A stretch of 32,000 bases of DNA from Geotalea daltonii FRC-32. Its GTDB lineage: Bacteria > Desulfobacterota > Desulfuromonadia > Geobacterales > Geobacteraceae. Location of the stretch: contig NC_011979.1 in assembly GCF_000022265.1 (NCBI RefSeq), positions 1,980,001 through 2,012,000 of the forward strand, given 5' to 3'. The position numbers and the translations under genes are program-made. This document shows, in pieces, positions 24,131-32,000 of the stretch (position 1 is its first letter; every line of letters starts with the position of its first letter). Under the pieces are notes generated by a model. That model was given only the letters and a program-made list of their open reading frames with translations, was not told the DNA's origin and searched no databases.

Positions 24131-24199
24131 CCGTTGCCGATTAAGTTTCTGGAGCAATACTGTCCAAGCTTCTATAGATTTCGCTGCTCATCTTCTGCT

Positions 24200-24229
24200 T
24201 TTATACACATATTTTTCTACTCCATGCAA
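24200..24229 (-). promoter_or_regulatory. Sigma-70-type promoter feeding the leader/terminator above
   Basis: Minus strand: TTGCAT (24229..24224), 18-nt spacer, TATAAA (24205..24200). Confidence 0.45.
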
Positions 24230-24384
24230 CCGGTCGAAATCAACCCAAAACTGCGATAAAATGTAGGATAATTAGGCCAAGCAAATGTGGTGGTGTGGTC
24301 GGGAAATGAAAAGAGGGCTTCTTTTCCTTTGTTTTTTCGTGCTATAACAATCGACCCAGATCACAGAATATACGGGAGTTGTAC

Positions 24385-24672
24385 ATGAAACCAGCCTGGT
24401 TATCCATTCTCTGCCTGCTTATCTTTGCCACTTCAGTATGTGCCGTTTCGGAAGTGATTCCCATGAAGAACAAGGTACGCTTCAACCATTTCAATCATAT
24501 GAATTATACGGAGACCTGTTTCCAATGCCATGTGGAAGAACCGGCGAGAATCAAGGGGTTCGGCAAGGACTGGGGCCATGAGAAATGCAAGGGCTGCCAC
24601 ACCAAAATGACCAGGGGGCCACAGCGGTGCTCCGGGTGCCACAAGTGGAATGAAGCTGCGCCGAATGATTAG
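24385..24672 (+). CDS. Periplasmic triheme cytochrome c7 (PpcA family)
   Basis: ORF track gives 24379..24672. ATG 24385 lies 6 nt after GGGAG. A signal peptide is followed by three CxxCH motifs (CFQCH, CKGCH, CSGCH). The sequence VRFNHFNH...IKGFGKDWGHEKCKGCH..M.RGP..C..CHK aligns by eye with PpcA (VKFPHKAH...IEGFGKEMAHGKGCKGCHEEMKKGPTKCGECHKK). Confidence 0.9.
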   Translation: MKPAWLSILCLLIFATSVCAVSEVIPMKNKVRFNHFNHMNYTETCFQCHVEEPARIKGFGKDWGHEKCKGCHTKMTRGPQRCSGCHKWNEAAPND

Positions 24673-24727
24673 CCTTTAGGCATTTTGACAAACGGATATC
24701 AAGCCTACCCCCATCTGCTTTCATTGC

Positions 24728-24756
24728 TTGACACAGCGCATCCACGGGTATATCGT
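24728..24756 (+). promoter_or_regulatory. Sigma-70-type promoter for vapBC
   Basis: TTGACA (24728-24733), 17-nt spacer, TATCGT (24751-24756). Confidence 0.4.
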
Positions 24757-24788
24757 TTTACGAAATACAGATCGATAAAGGATGCTAA

Positions 24789-24995
24789 ATGGAAGCGGTC
24801 AAAATCTCTCCTAAATTTCAGGTAGTGATCCCCCGCGAAGTCCGGGAAAAGCTGCGCCTGGTTGCCGGCCAACGGATGCAGGTAATCGCCTATGGTAACA
24901 GGATCGAGCTGATTCCGGAGAGGGATATTGCCGATATGCGCGGTTTTTTGAAGGGGCTTGATACTAACGTTGAGCGGGAATCGGACCGCTTATGA
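24789..24995 (+). CDS. vapB: AbrB/SpoVT-fold antitoxin (VapB-like)
   Basis: 68 aa. MEAVKISPKFQVVIPREVREKLRL is the SpoVT/AbrB swapped-hairpin motif. It overlaps the PIN gene by 4 nt. Confidence 0.85.
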   Translation: MEAVKISPKFQVVIPREVREKLRLVAGQRMQVIAYGNRIELIPERDIADMRGFLKGLDTNVERESDRL

Positions 24996-25366
24996 ATGTG
25001 GTGGACTCGTGTGGCTGGCTCGAATATCTCGCCGATGGCCCCAATGCTGAGTCCTTCGCCGGTCCTCTTGCCGATCGGGACTCCATTATTATCCCAACCA
25101 TAACTATTTATGAGGTATTCAAAGTTGTGGCCCGACAGCGTGGTGAAGATGCTGCATTACAGGCTACTGCCCTCATGCAGCAAGGAAAGGTAGTGGAACT
25201 GTCGCCATCACTGGCAATGATCGCTGCACACATCAGCCTTGAGCTGGCACTCCCCATGGCCGACAGTATTATCCTGGCGACAAGCCGATTCCATGGGGCA
25301 GTCCTCTGGACCCAGGACGAGCATTTCAGAACCCTTTCCGAAGTTCGATATTTTCCAAAACGATAA
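24992..25366 (+). CDS. vapC: PIN-domain toxin (VapC-like)
   Basis: 124 aa. The conserved acidic residues are in the expected spacing (VVDS.., ..YEV.., ..MADS.., ..TQDEHF). Confidence 0.85.
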   Translation: MNVVDSCGWLEYLADGPNAESFAGPLADRDSIIIPTITIYEVFKVVARQRGEDAALQATALMQQGKVVELSPSLAMIAAHISLELALPMADSIILATSRFHGAVLWTQDEHFRTLSEVRYFPKR

Positions 25367-25378
25367 TTTCAGGACCGT

Positions 25379-27364
25379 TCACACCTTTACCCGGATCGGC
25401 AGGATTACCGTCGTGATTCCTTCCCACTGCAAGCGGCGCTGAATGGCGAAAGCCGTCTCATTGTGAAGTAGCCGGTGATAGAACTTTTCCAGCCTGAAGG
25501 TGAGTTGTCCGGAAAACACCGCTGAGCGGGGAAACTCCTCCGCAATTTCTCTGCATAATTTTATAGCAGTTTCTACCACGTCGATGCCGGTTGCCATGCG
25601 ATACTCGGCGGCAAAGCCGAGACGCCGGGCCAGATCCACATATTTCTCCAGCCCTTCTCGCACCGAATCCTCCAACGCCTCCATCTCATGCACACCTTTG
25701 AAGGACCCGGAATCGATGACTGCCACCGAGACGAAGACGATATTTTTATAGGTTTCGGGAAAGGTCGTAAGAATTGAGAGCAGGGTGTGGATGCCGAAAC
25801 CATTGTAGGATGTGACGAGTTGGATGGCGGTGGAATCGTTGGCGTTGAGGGGATCGGTATTGACCGGTCCGCTGGTGGGGAAGTCCAGCAGTGTTTCGTC
25901 CAGCTCGGCAATCCCCTTGCGTACCCTGAGATAATGGCTCCTGATCAGGTAGCAGAGCCCGATTACAAGTGACGTGATGACGAGGGTCAGCCAGCCCCCT
26001 TCGGTGAATTTCTCCACCGTAGTTATCACCAGGATGGTGGCACAGAGGGCGAGACCCACCAGGTGAACCGACAGGTGCTGCATCCATTTCGGGTCCTTGT
26101 CCCGTCGTTTAAGATAGAGCCTGGACATGCCGAGCTGGGACAGGGTAAAGGTGACAAAGACATTGATCGAATACATGACCACCAGTGCGGAGACCGAGCC
26201 GCGCGTATAAATGAGGAGGGCAATCGCCGCCCCCCCCATCATGAAGATGCCGTTGCGCATGGTCAGCCGCTCCGACAGGGCGGCAAAGCGGTGGGGGAGC
26301 CATGAATCCACCGCCATGTTGGACATTACCCTGGGGCCTCCGACAAAGCCTGTCTGTGCTGCTACCAATAGAAGCGCACCTTCTGAAAAGATGGTGACGA
26401 AGGCGATTGCCCCTCCCAGGGGCCAATCGGAGAACAGCATGTCGGCGAGAACGGCGTTCAGCGTTTTGCCTTCTATGGGTTTTACTCCTAAAAGTGCATA
26501 GCAGATGAACAGCGCTGCTGCGGTAAAAGCAAGGGATGTGGCCATGTAAAGCATGGTCCGCTTGCCGGTCTTGACTCGCGGCTCGCGCATGATCTGCATG
26601 CTGTTGGAAACTGCTTCGATACCGGTATAGGTCCCGCCCCCCAGGGAGTAGGCGCGGAGGAAAAGGAGGGCAATGCCGACGAAGCCCATGGTGGAAAGAT
26701 CGTAATCCAGTCCGCGCTGGAACTCCTCCGCCAGCGGCCCAAAGCGGTCCCGGTGGGTGATGACCCCGTCCAGCAGCATGGTCAGGTGCATGATGACGAA
26801 GACGATGAAGATTGGAGCCATTACGTAGATGGATTCCTTAAGTCCGCGAATATTGAGTACGATGAGCATCAGGGCCAGGAGGCAGGTAAGCGGCACCTTG
26901 TACTGGTGGAGATGGAGCGGCAGGTAGCTAAAAATTGCGTCGGCACAGGACGCGATGGAAACGGTAATGGTTAAAATGTAATCGACCAGCAGTGCGCAAC
27001 CGGATATTACCCCCGCCCGTTGTCCCAGCATGTGGGTGGCCACCATGTAACCCCCGCCGCCATGGGGGAAGACCTCGATGATGCGGGCATAGGCATAGGA
27101 AATGATGAAAACGGTGATGGCGGTTGCCAGTCCAAGCACGATTGCCAGATAGGTATGGGAACCCAAGGCACGGAAAGCTTCTTCCGGGCCGTAAGAGGAG
27201 GATGACAAGCCATCGGCGCCAAGGCCAATCCAGGCCAGCACCGGAATGAGCGACATCCTGTGGAACAGGGTCGGATCATTGAGCTGTTTAGGGGCGCCTA
27301 CCACGGCCCGCCTGATTTTATTGGCAACGCCCGGCCTTCTCTGATCAGGACTGTTAGGGCTCAC
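25379..27364 (-). CDS. APC-superfamily permease with a cytoplasmic C-terminal domain (KimA-like K+ uptake candidate)
   Basis: GTG 27364 lies 5 nt after AGGAGG. There are about 12 TM segments. GLGADGLSSSSYGPEE and FPHGGGGYMVATHMLGQRAGVISGCALLVDYILTITVSIAS resemble, from memory, B. subtilis KimA (DALSSVAYGTEQ, YPQGGGAYIVSKENLG..LLVDYILTVAVSISA). A soluble tail of about 190 aa follows. Confidence 0.8.
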   Translation of the reverse strand: MSPNSPDQRRPGVANKIRRAVVGAPKQLNDPTLFHRMSLIPVLAWIGLGADGLSSSSYGPEEAFRALGSHTYLAIVLGLATAITVFIISYAYARIIEVFPHGGGGYMVATHMLGQRAGVISGCALLVDYILTITVSIASCADAIFSYLPLHLHQYKVPLTCLLALMLIVLNIRGLKESIYVMAPIFIVFVIMHLTMLLDGVITHRDRFGPLAEEFQRGLDYDLSTMGFVGIALLFLRAYSLGGGTYTGIEAVSNSMQIMREPRVKTGKRTMLYMATSLAFTAAALFICYALLGVKPIEGKTLNAVLADMLFSDWPLGGAIAFVTIFSEGALLLVAAQTGFVGGPRVMSNMAVDSWLPHRFAALSERLTMRNGIFMMGGAAIALLIYTRGSVSALVVMYSINVFVTFTLSQLGMSRLYLKRRDKDPKWMQHLSVHLVGLALCATILVITTVEKFTEGGWLTLVITSLVIGLCYLIRSHYLRVRKGIAELDETLLDFPTSGPVNTDPLNANDSTAIQLVTSYNGFGIHTLLSILTTFPETYKNIVFVSVAVIDSGSFKGVHEMEALEDSVREGLEKYVDLARRLGFAAEYRMATGIDVVETAIKLCREIAEEFPRSAVFSGQLTFRLEKFYHRLLHNETAFAIQRRLQWEGITTVILPIRVKV

Positions 27365-27409
27365 CCCGCCTCCTGGAAGAACTCCATTAGCTTCTGCCCC
27401 CCCCTAACA

Positions 27410-27437
27410 ACTATACGATGCGGCGCATCATTTTCAA
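27410..27437 (-). promoter_or_regulatory. Sigma-70-type promoter for the KimA-like gene
   Basis: Minus strand: TTGAAA (27437..27432), 16-nt spacer, TATAGT (27415..27410). The leader is about 40 nt. Confidence 0.4.
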
Positions 27438-27594
27438 TTGGCCCCTGCCATTGATGGTTTTTATTTCCTTGTTGCACAAAAAATAATCAGCTGTCCCCTG
27501 TTGGCAAAATGCCCGTTTGTCTCCTTATTATTTTAAATTCATTTTTATCCGGTAAGTGATTGAAAATAGATGTGCTGCTTGATGAAAAACAGGA

Positions 27595-27610
27595 TGGCAC
27601 GCCTCGTGCT
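27595..27610 (+). promoter_or_regulatory. Sigma-54 (-24/-12) promoter of the nitrogen module
   Basis: TGGCACGCCTCGTGCT matches 11 of the 12 specified positions of TGGCACG-N4-TTGCW. The GG/GC spacing is correct. Confidence 0.75.
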
Positions 27611-27639
27611 ACCACCATAACAAAACCATAACTAAACAG

Positions 27640-27679
27640 TGCACAAGGTTGTGCAGATTGATGTGACGGCAATGGCGCC
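27640..27679 (+). promoter_or_regulatory. ANTAR-type dual hexaloop hairpins in the leader RNA
   Basis: Hairpin 1 is TGCAC-AAGGTT-GTGCA (27640-27655). Hairpin 2 is GGC-AATGGC-GCC (27668-27679). Both 6-nt loops have A at position 1 and G at position 4. The linker is 12 nt. Hairpin 2 overlaps the 5' arm of the terminator. Confidence 0.55.
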
Positions 27680-27712
27680 TTTCACCTTCCGGTGAGAGGC
27701 GCCTTTTTATTT
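27674..27712 (+). terminator. Strong intrinsic terminator in the leader, 84 nt before the porin start
   Basis: A 13-bp stem GGCGCCTTTCACC / GGTGAGAGGCGCC (one G-U pair) with a TTCC loop, followed by TTTTTATTT. Confidence 0.8.
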
Positions 27713-27795
27713 AAGAACCGGAAAGGGGGCTCACACGTCAACACTTGTTCTACCAGATATTAAAATTTCAGGGATTAACTACAAAGGAGTATGAA

Positions 27796-28961
<1,166 letters not shown>

Positions 28962-28985
28962 GCAATTATAGTTCTGGAGGCTATT

Positions 28986-30467
28986 ATGAAAATCAAACTT
29001 TCTTTAATCAAACTGCTCATGGCTGTGACAATTGTCATGGTGCCAATGGCAGTCCTGGCTGAAGAACCGGCCAAGGGCACTGAGTCAGTGGCAGCTGAGA
29101 CTAAACTTGCACCAGCCCCTTCGGCTTCCGCCGCGGCCCCTGAAGCTGCTGCATCGGCCGCTGCCGCCCCTGTCGAGGCTGCTACGCCTAAACCGGTCGA
29201 TCCGGTGCTCAATACCGGCGACACCGCCTGGATACTTACTTCGGCAGCGCTGGTCCTGTTCATGATCCCAGGACTGGCCTTCTTCTACGGCGGCATGGTC
29301 CGGAGCAAGAACGTTCTCTCCACGCTCATGCATTCCTTCGTCGCCATGGGCATCGTCGGCGTGCAGTGGGCGGTCATCGGCTATTCCCTCTCATTCGGAC
29401 CCGATGCCTTCATGGGGCTCATAGGCAATACCAGCAAGGCATTGCTCAACGGCCTCATCACCTTCAAGGACGGCAATCCGGTTTATACCCTCTTCCAGAA
29501 TGTGGCGACCGAACCGGGCGCCATTCCCGAGTACGTTTTTGCCATGTTCCAGTGCATGTTCGCCATGATCACCGTGGCTCTAATCTCCGGCGCCCTGGCC
29601 GAGAGGATCAAGTTTTCCGCCTACTGCCTCTTCGTCCTGCTCTGGACCACCCTGGTCTATGATCCTCTGGCCCATTGGGTATGGATGGTCGATGGTTGGT
29701 TGTTCAAAAAAGGAGCACTGGACTTTGCCGGCGGTACCGTCGTTCACCTCTCTTCAGGTATCTCCGCCCTGGCAGCGATCATGTTCCTCGGCAAGCGTCA
29801 TGGATTTCCTCAGGAAAGGATGGCCCCCCACAATCTGCCGCTGACCATGCTCGGCGTCGGTATGCTCTGGTTCGGCTGGTATGGCTTCAACGCAGGCTCG
29901 GCCATTGTCGGCGTCAACTGTTCCGATGCGGCAGGCGGCCTGGCCGGTCTCGCCTTTGCCACAACCACCATCGCCCCGGCAGCAGCCGGCCTTTCCTGGA
30001 TGATTGCCGAGTGGATTCATGCCGGAAAACCGTCGGCCCTTGGTTTCGGTTCGGGCGTGGTGGCGGGGCTGGTCGTCATCACCCCGGCAGCCGGTTTCGT
30101 GCAACCCGGTGCGGCCCTGATCTTTGGCCTCGTTGCCGGTGTCGTCTGTTACGGTGGCGTCTTGCTCAAAGCCAGGATGAAATATGACGACTCCCTGGAT
30201 GCCTTCGGCGTTCACGGCATCGGCGGCACCACCGGCGCCATCCTGACCGGCGTCTTTGCCACCGTCGGCGCCACCGGCCTTATGTCGGGCAATTTCAAGC
30301 AGCTTGTGACCCAAATTATTGCCGTAGTGGCGGCAGGCGCCTATGCTTTTATCGTAACCCTGGTCATCGCCTTTGTTCTCGACAAGACTATTGGTCTCAG
30401 GGTCGAAAAAGACGACGAGATCGTCGGACTCGACCAAACCCAGCATTCGGAAAGTGCCTACAACTGA
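28986..30467 (+). CDS. amtB: Ammonium transporter
   Basis: GGAGG lies 5 nt upstream. A signal peptide and an Ala/Pro-rich linker come first, followed by the Amt body (DTAWILTSAALVLFMIPGLAFFYGG, FAGGTVVHLSSG, GFNAGS, DDSLDAFGVHGIGG). Confidence 0.95.
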   Translation: MKIKLSLIKLLMAVTIVMVPMAVLAEEPAKGTESVAAETKLAPAPSASAAAPEAAASAAAAPVEAATPKPVDPVLNTGDTAWILTSAALVLFMIPGLAFFYGGMVRSKNVLSTLMHSFVAMGIVGVQWAVIGYSLSFGPDAFMGLIGNTSKALLNGLITFKDGNPVYTLFQNVATEPGAIPEYVFAMFQCMFAMITVALISGALAERIKFSAYCLFVLLWTTLVYDPLAHWVWMVDGWLFKKGALDFAGGTVVHLSSGISALAAIMFLGKRHGFPQERMAPHNLPLTMLGVGMLWFGWYGFNAGSAIVGVNCSDAAGGLAGLAFATTTIAPAAAGLSWMIAEWIHAGKPSALGFGSGVVAGLVVITPAAGFVQPGAALIFGLVAGVVCYGGVLLKARMKYDDSLDAFGVHGIGGTTGAILTGVFATVGATGLMSGNFKQLVTQIIAVVAAGAYAFIVTLVIAFVLDKTIGLRVEKDDEIVGLDQTQHSESAYN

Positions 30468-30493
30468 TCATCTGCAATCGCACTTGTCATACC

Positions 30494-30528
30494 AGGCCGC
30501 TTCCTTAAGGGGGCGGCCTTTTTTCTTT
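30494..30528 (+). terminator. Intrinsic terminator after amtB
   Basis: An 11-bp stem AGGCCGCTTCC / GGGGGCGGCCT (two G-U pairs) around a TTAA loop, followed by TTTTTCTTT. Confidence 0.8.
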
Positions 30529-30628
30529 GCATGATTTTTGTGCAGAAAGCTGCCTTGTTTTTACGCATCACTCAGCTATGCATAGGGCTTTATACTGATA
30601 ACTAGCTGGAATTCTGTTCAGGTCCTCT

Positions 30629-30644
30629 TGGCACGACTTGTGCC
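30629..30644 (+). promoter_or_regulatory. Second sigma-54 promoter, for the kinase gene
   Basis: TGGCACGACTTGTGCC matches 10 of 12 specified positions. It has the same unusual GTGC at -12 as the 27595 promoter. It lies 41 nt before ATG 30686. Confidence 0.7.
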
Positions 30645-30685
30645 TCGGAAAAGGCATCTAACGCGCCCCGGTTATGGGGGGATAA

Positions 30686-31432
30686 ATGGAAAAAAGTCTG
30701 GGAAAAATAGTTGATGCCAACGGCCTGCTGCTGGACGAGCAGGTTCTGGAACAACTGGCGTTCAACGAAAAGATGGCTGAGCTGGGCAAGCTCTCAACCG
30801 GGTTGGTGCATGAGCTGAATTCTCCCCTGTCGGTGATAGTTTCCGCTGCCCAGATGATCCTGCGCGAAGAGCAGCTTCCCGACTTCGTCAAGGAAATGGT
30901 TGAACGGATCGGAATGGAGGCCCAGCGTTTGTCTCTTTTTACCAGAAGCCTCCTTTCCTTTGCCCGCAGCGACGCCGGTGTCGATTCGGAAGCGGATGTG
31001 AACCTGGTGCTGCAGGAGGTGATGGACTTTCTCAGGTATGAGGCCCGGAAAGACTCCATAATGGTGATCGAAGAAAAAGATTTCGACCTTCCACCCATTG
31101 CTGCCGACGCCAACAAGCTCAAGCAGGTATTCATCAACCTGATCATGAATGCTTTTCAGTCCATGGAAGACGGCGGGACGCTGCTGCTGAAAACCTACGC
31201 TGTCGATGGCCCTTTTGTGGCGGTGGAACTGGCCGATACCGGTAAAGGAATCCCTGTCGGGGCCATAGACCATATTTTCGAGCCCTTTTTCACCACCAAA
31301 GCGGCCAACGAAGGGACCGGCCTTGGCCTCTATATAACCCGTCACATCATCGAGCGCCTTGGCGGTAAAATACAAGTCCAGAGCGTCGTTAACGAGGGTA
31401 CGACGTTCACTCTCCTGTTTCCTCTCCCGTAA
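30686..31432 (+). CDS. Soluble NtrB-like histidine kinase without a sensor domain
   Basis: 248 aa. The H-box is LSTGLVHELNSPLSV, and the N, G1 (DTGKGIP) and G2 (GTGLGL) boxes are present. There is no TM segment, and only about 35 aa precede the DHp domain. Confidence 0.9.
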   Translation: MEKSLGKIVDANGLLLDEQVLEQLAFNEKMAELGKLSTGLVHELNSPLSVIVSAAQMILREEQLPDFVKEMVERIGMEAQRLSLFTRSLLSFARSDAGVDSEADVNLVLQEVMDFLRYEARKDSIMVIEEKDFDLPPIAADANKLKQVFINLIMNAFQSMEDGGTLLLKTYAVDGPFVAVELADTGKGIPVGAIDHIFEPFFTTKAANEGTGLGLYITRHIIERLGGKIQVQSVVNEGTTFTLLFPLP

Positions 31433-31521
31433 TTCCATCCGTTTAGCGTCGATTTTTCTGCTGACCCTTCTCCTTGGGGGAGAAGGTGGCCGATCCCAGC
31501 AGGGTTTTTCCCGTTATTTCT

Positions 31522-31552
31522 GCCGTTCATCTTGCCGATGGACGGCTTTTTT
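31522..31552 (+). terminator. Intrinsic terminator after the kinase gene
   Basis: A 10-bp stem GCCGTTCATC / GATGGACGGC (one G-U pair) followed by TTTTTT. Confidence 0.75.
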
Positions 31553-31557
31553 GTCCC

Positions 31558-31586
31558 TTGATTTATCATTTTTAACGGTTTAGCAT
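31558..31586 (+). promoter_or_regulatory. Sigma-70-type promoter for the IMPase gene
   Basis: TTGATT (31558-31563), 17-nt spacer, TAGCAT (31581-31586). Confidence 0.35.
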
Positions 31587-31620
31587 ACCGCAACTGCCAA
31601 TTCAAATGGAGGAATCGACA

Positions 31621-32000
31621 ATGCAGCAATATCTGGAAACAGCCGTCCGTGCCGCCAGGGCTGCCGGGGCAATGCAGAAGGAGCGGCTTTGGTCCGAGCA
31701 TGACATAGAGTTCAAGGGCGAGATCAACCTGGTGACGGAGGTGGACAAGGCCTGTGAAGACCTGATTGTCCGGACCATCCGCGCCGAGTTCCCCGATCAT
31801 GACATCCTGGCCGAAGAGAATGATTATGCCGCCGTCAACTCCCCATGCAAGTGGATCATCGATCCTTTGGACGGCACCACCAATTATGCCCATGGCTTTC
31901 CCTGGTTCTGCGTCTCCATTGCCCTTGAGATCGAGGGGATTGTCCAAACCGGTGTCGTCTACCACCCGATGATGGGTGAAATGTTCATCGCCATTAAAGG
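31621..32000 (+). CDS. suhB: Inositol monophosphatase family protein (SuhB-like), N-terminal 126 codons; continues past the right edge
   Basis: Not in the ORF track because it runs off the edge. GGAGGA (31608-31613) lies 7 nt before ATG 31621. Hand translation gives MQQYLETAVRAARAAG...INLVTEVDKACEDLIV...ILAEE...KWIIDPLDGTTNYAHGFP, which are the IMPase motifs. Confidence 0.85.
   Translation, partial: MQQYLETAVRAARAAGAMQKERLWSEHDIEFKGEINLVTEVDKACEDLIVRTIRAEFPDHDILAEENDYAAVNSPCKWIIDPLDGTTNYAHGFPWFCVSIALEIEGIVQTGVVYHPMMGEMFIAIK

Noticed and set aside
27365-27594. A ydaO/c-di-AMP riboswitch in front of the KimA-like permease.
   Set aside because: The minus-strand leader shows only a 5-bp GATGC/GCATC hairpin and G-runs. 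None of the pseudo-two-fold conserved segments I remember are present. A cmsearch is needed to be certain.
29070-29200. An Ala/Pro-rich low-complexity stretch (GCC/GCT-rich DNA) at the 5' end of amtB, considered as a possible DNA repeat element.
   Set aside because: It is in frame with amtB and encodes a plausible periplasmic linker after the signal peptide. There is no exact tandem unit.

Overview
This 32-kb chromosomal segment looks like a Geobacter-type (Desulfuromonadota) genome: GC-rich coding sequence, a PpcA-like triheme cytochrome and several sigma-54 promoters. I call 32 protein genes. Two of them run off the window edges and are absent from the ORF track. I found no rRNA, tRNA, CRISPR array, transposase or integrase. 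Gene order, left to right: (1) a cell-surface module of an OM beta-barrel, a 1506-aa dockerin-bearing repeat protein and a possibly cohesin-like lipoprotein; (2) a sigma-54-driven small secreted protein; (3) yggT-divIVA-yggU-CBS; (4) an FmdB zinc ribbon; (5) folD-metV-metF; (6) galU; (7) on the minus strand, a TonB-like protein, a GDT1/UPF0016 exporter and an amidohydrolase with a small secreted partner; (8) a 753-bp gene-free spacer holding a ~190-bp nested inverted-repeat element; (9) etfB, a ferredoxin-fused etfA and a membrane HdrD-like Fe-S oxidoreductase; (10) a GATase; (11) a secreted protein; (12) a divergent acetate-kinase paralogue; (13) cytochrome c7; (14) vapBC; (15) a KimA-like permease; (16) a nitrogen module of porin-glnK-amtB plus a sensor-less NtrB-like kinase; (17) suhB. 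The most interesting non-coding signals are: a sigma-54 promoter plus an ANTAR-type two-hairpin/terminator switch in front of porin-glnK-amtB; a second, near-identical sigma-54 promoter for the kinase; tandem heptanucleotide arrays at gene 3' ends and operon spacers (10 units between etfB and etfA); the nested inverted repeat at 16045-16232; and a promoter-plus-terminator leader (or sRNA) in front of the acetate-kinase paralogue. I cannot defend any complete new multi-gene system from sequence alone. The best candidates for something undescribed are listed in the findings with explicit tests. All family assignments rest on motif recognition by eye; no searches were run.
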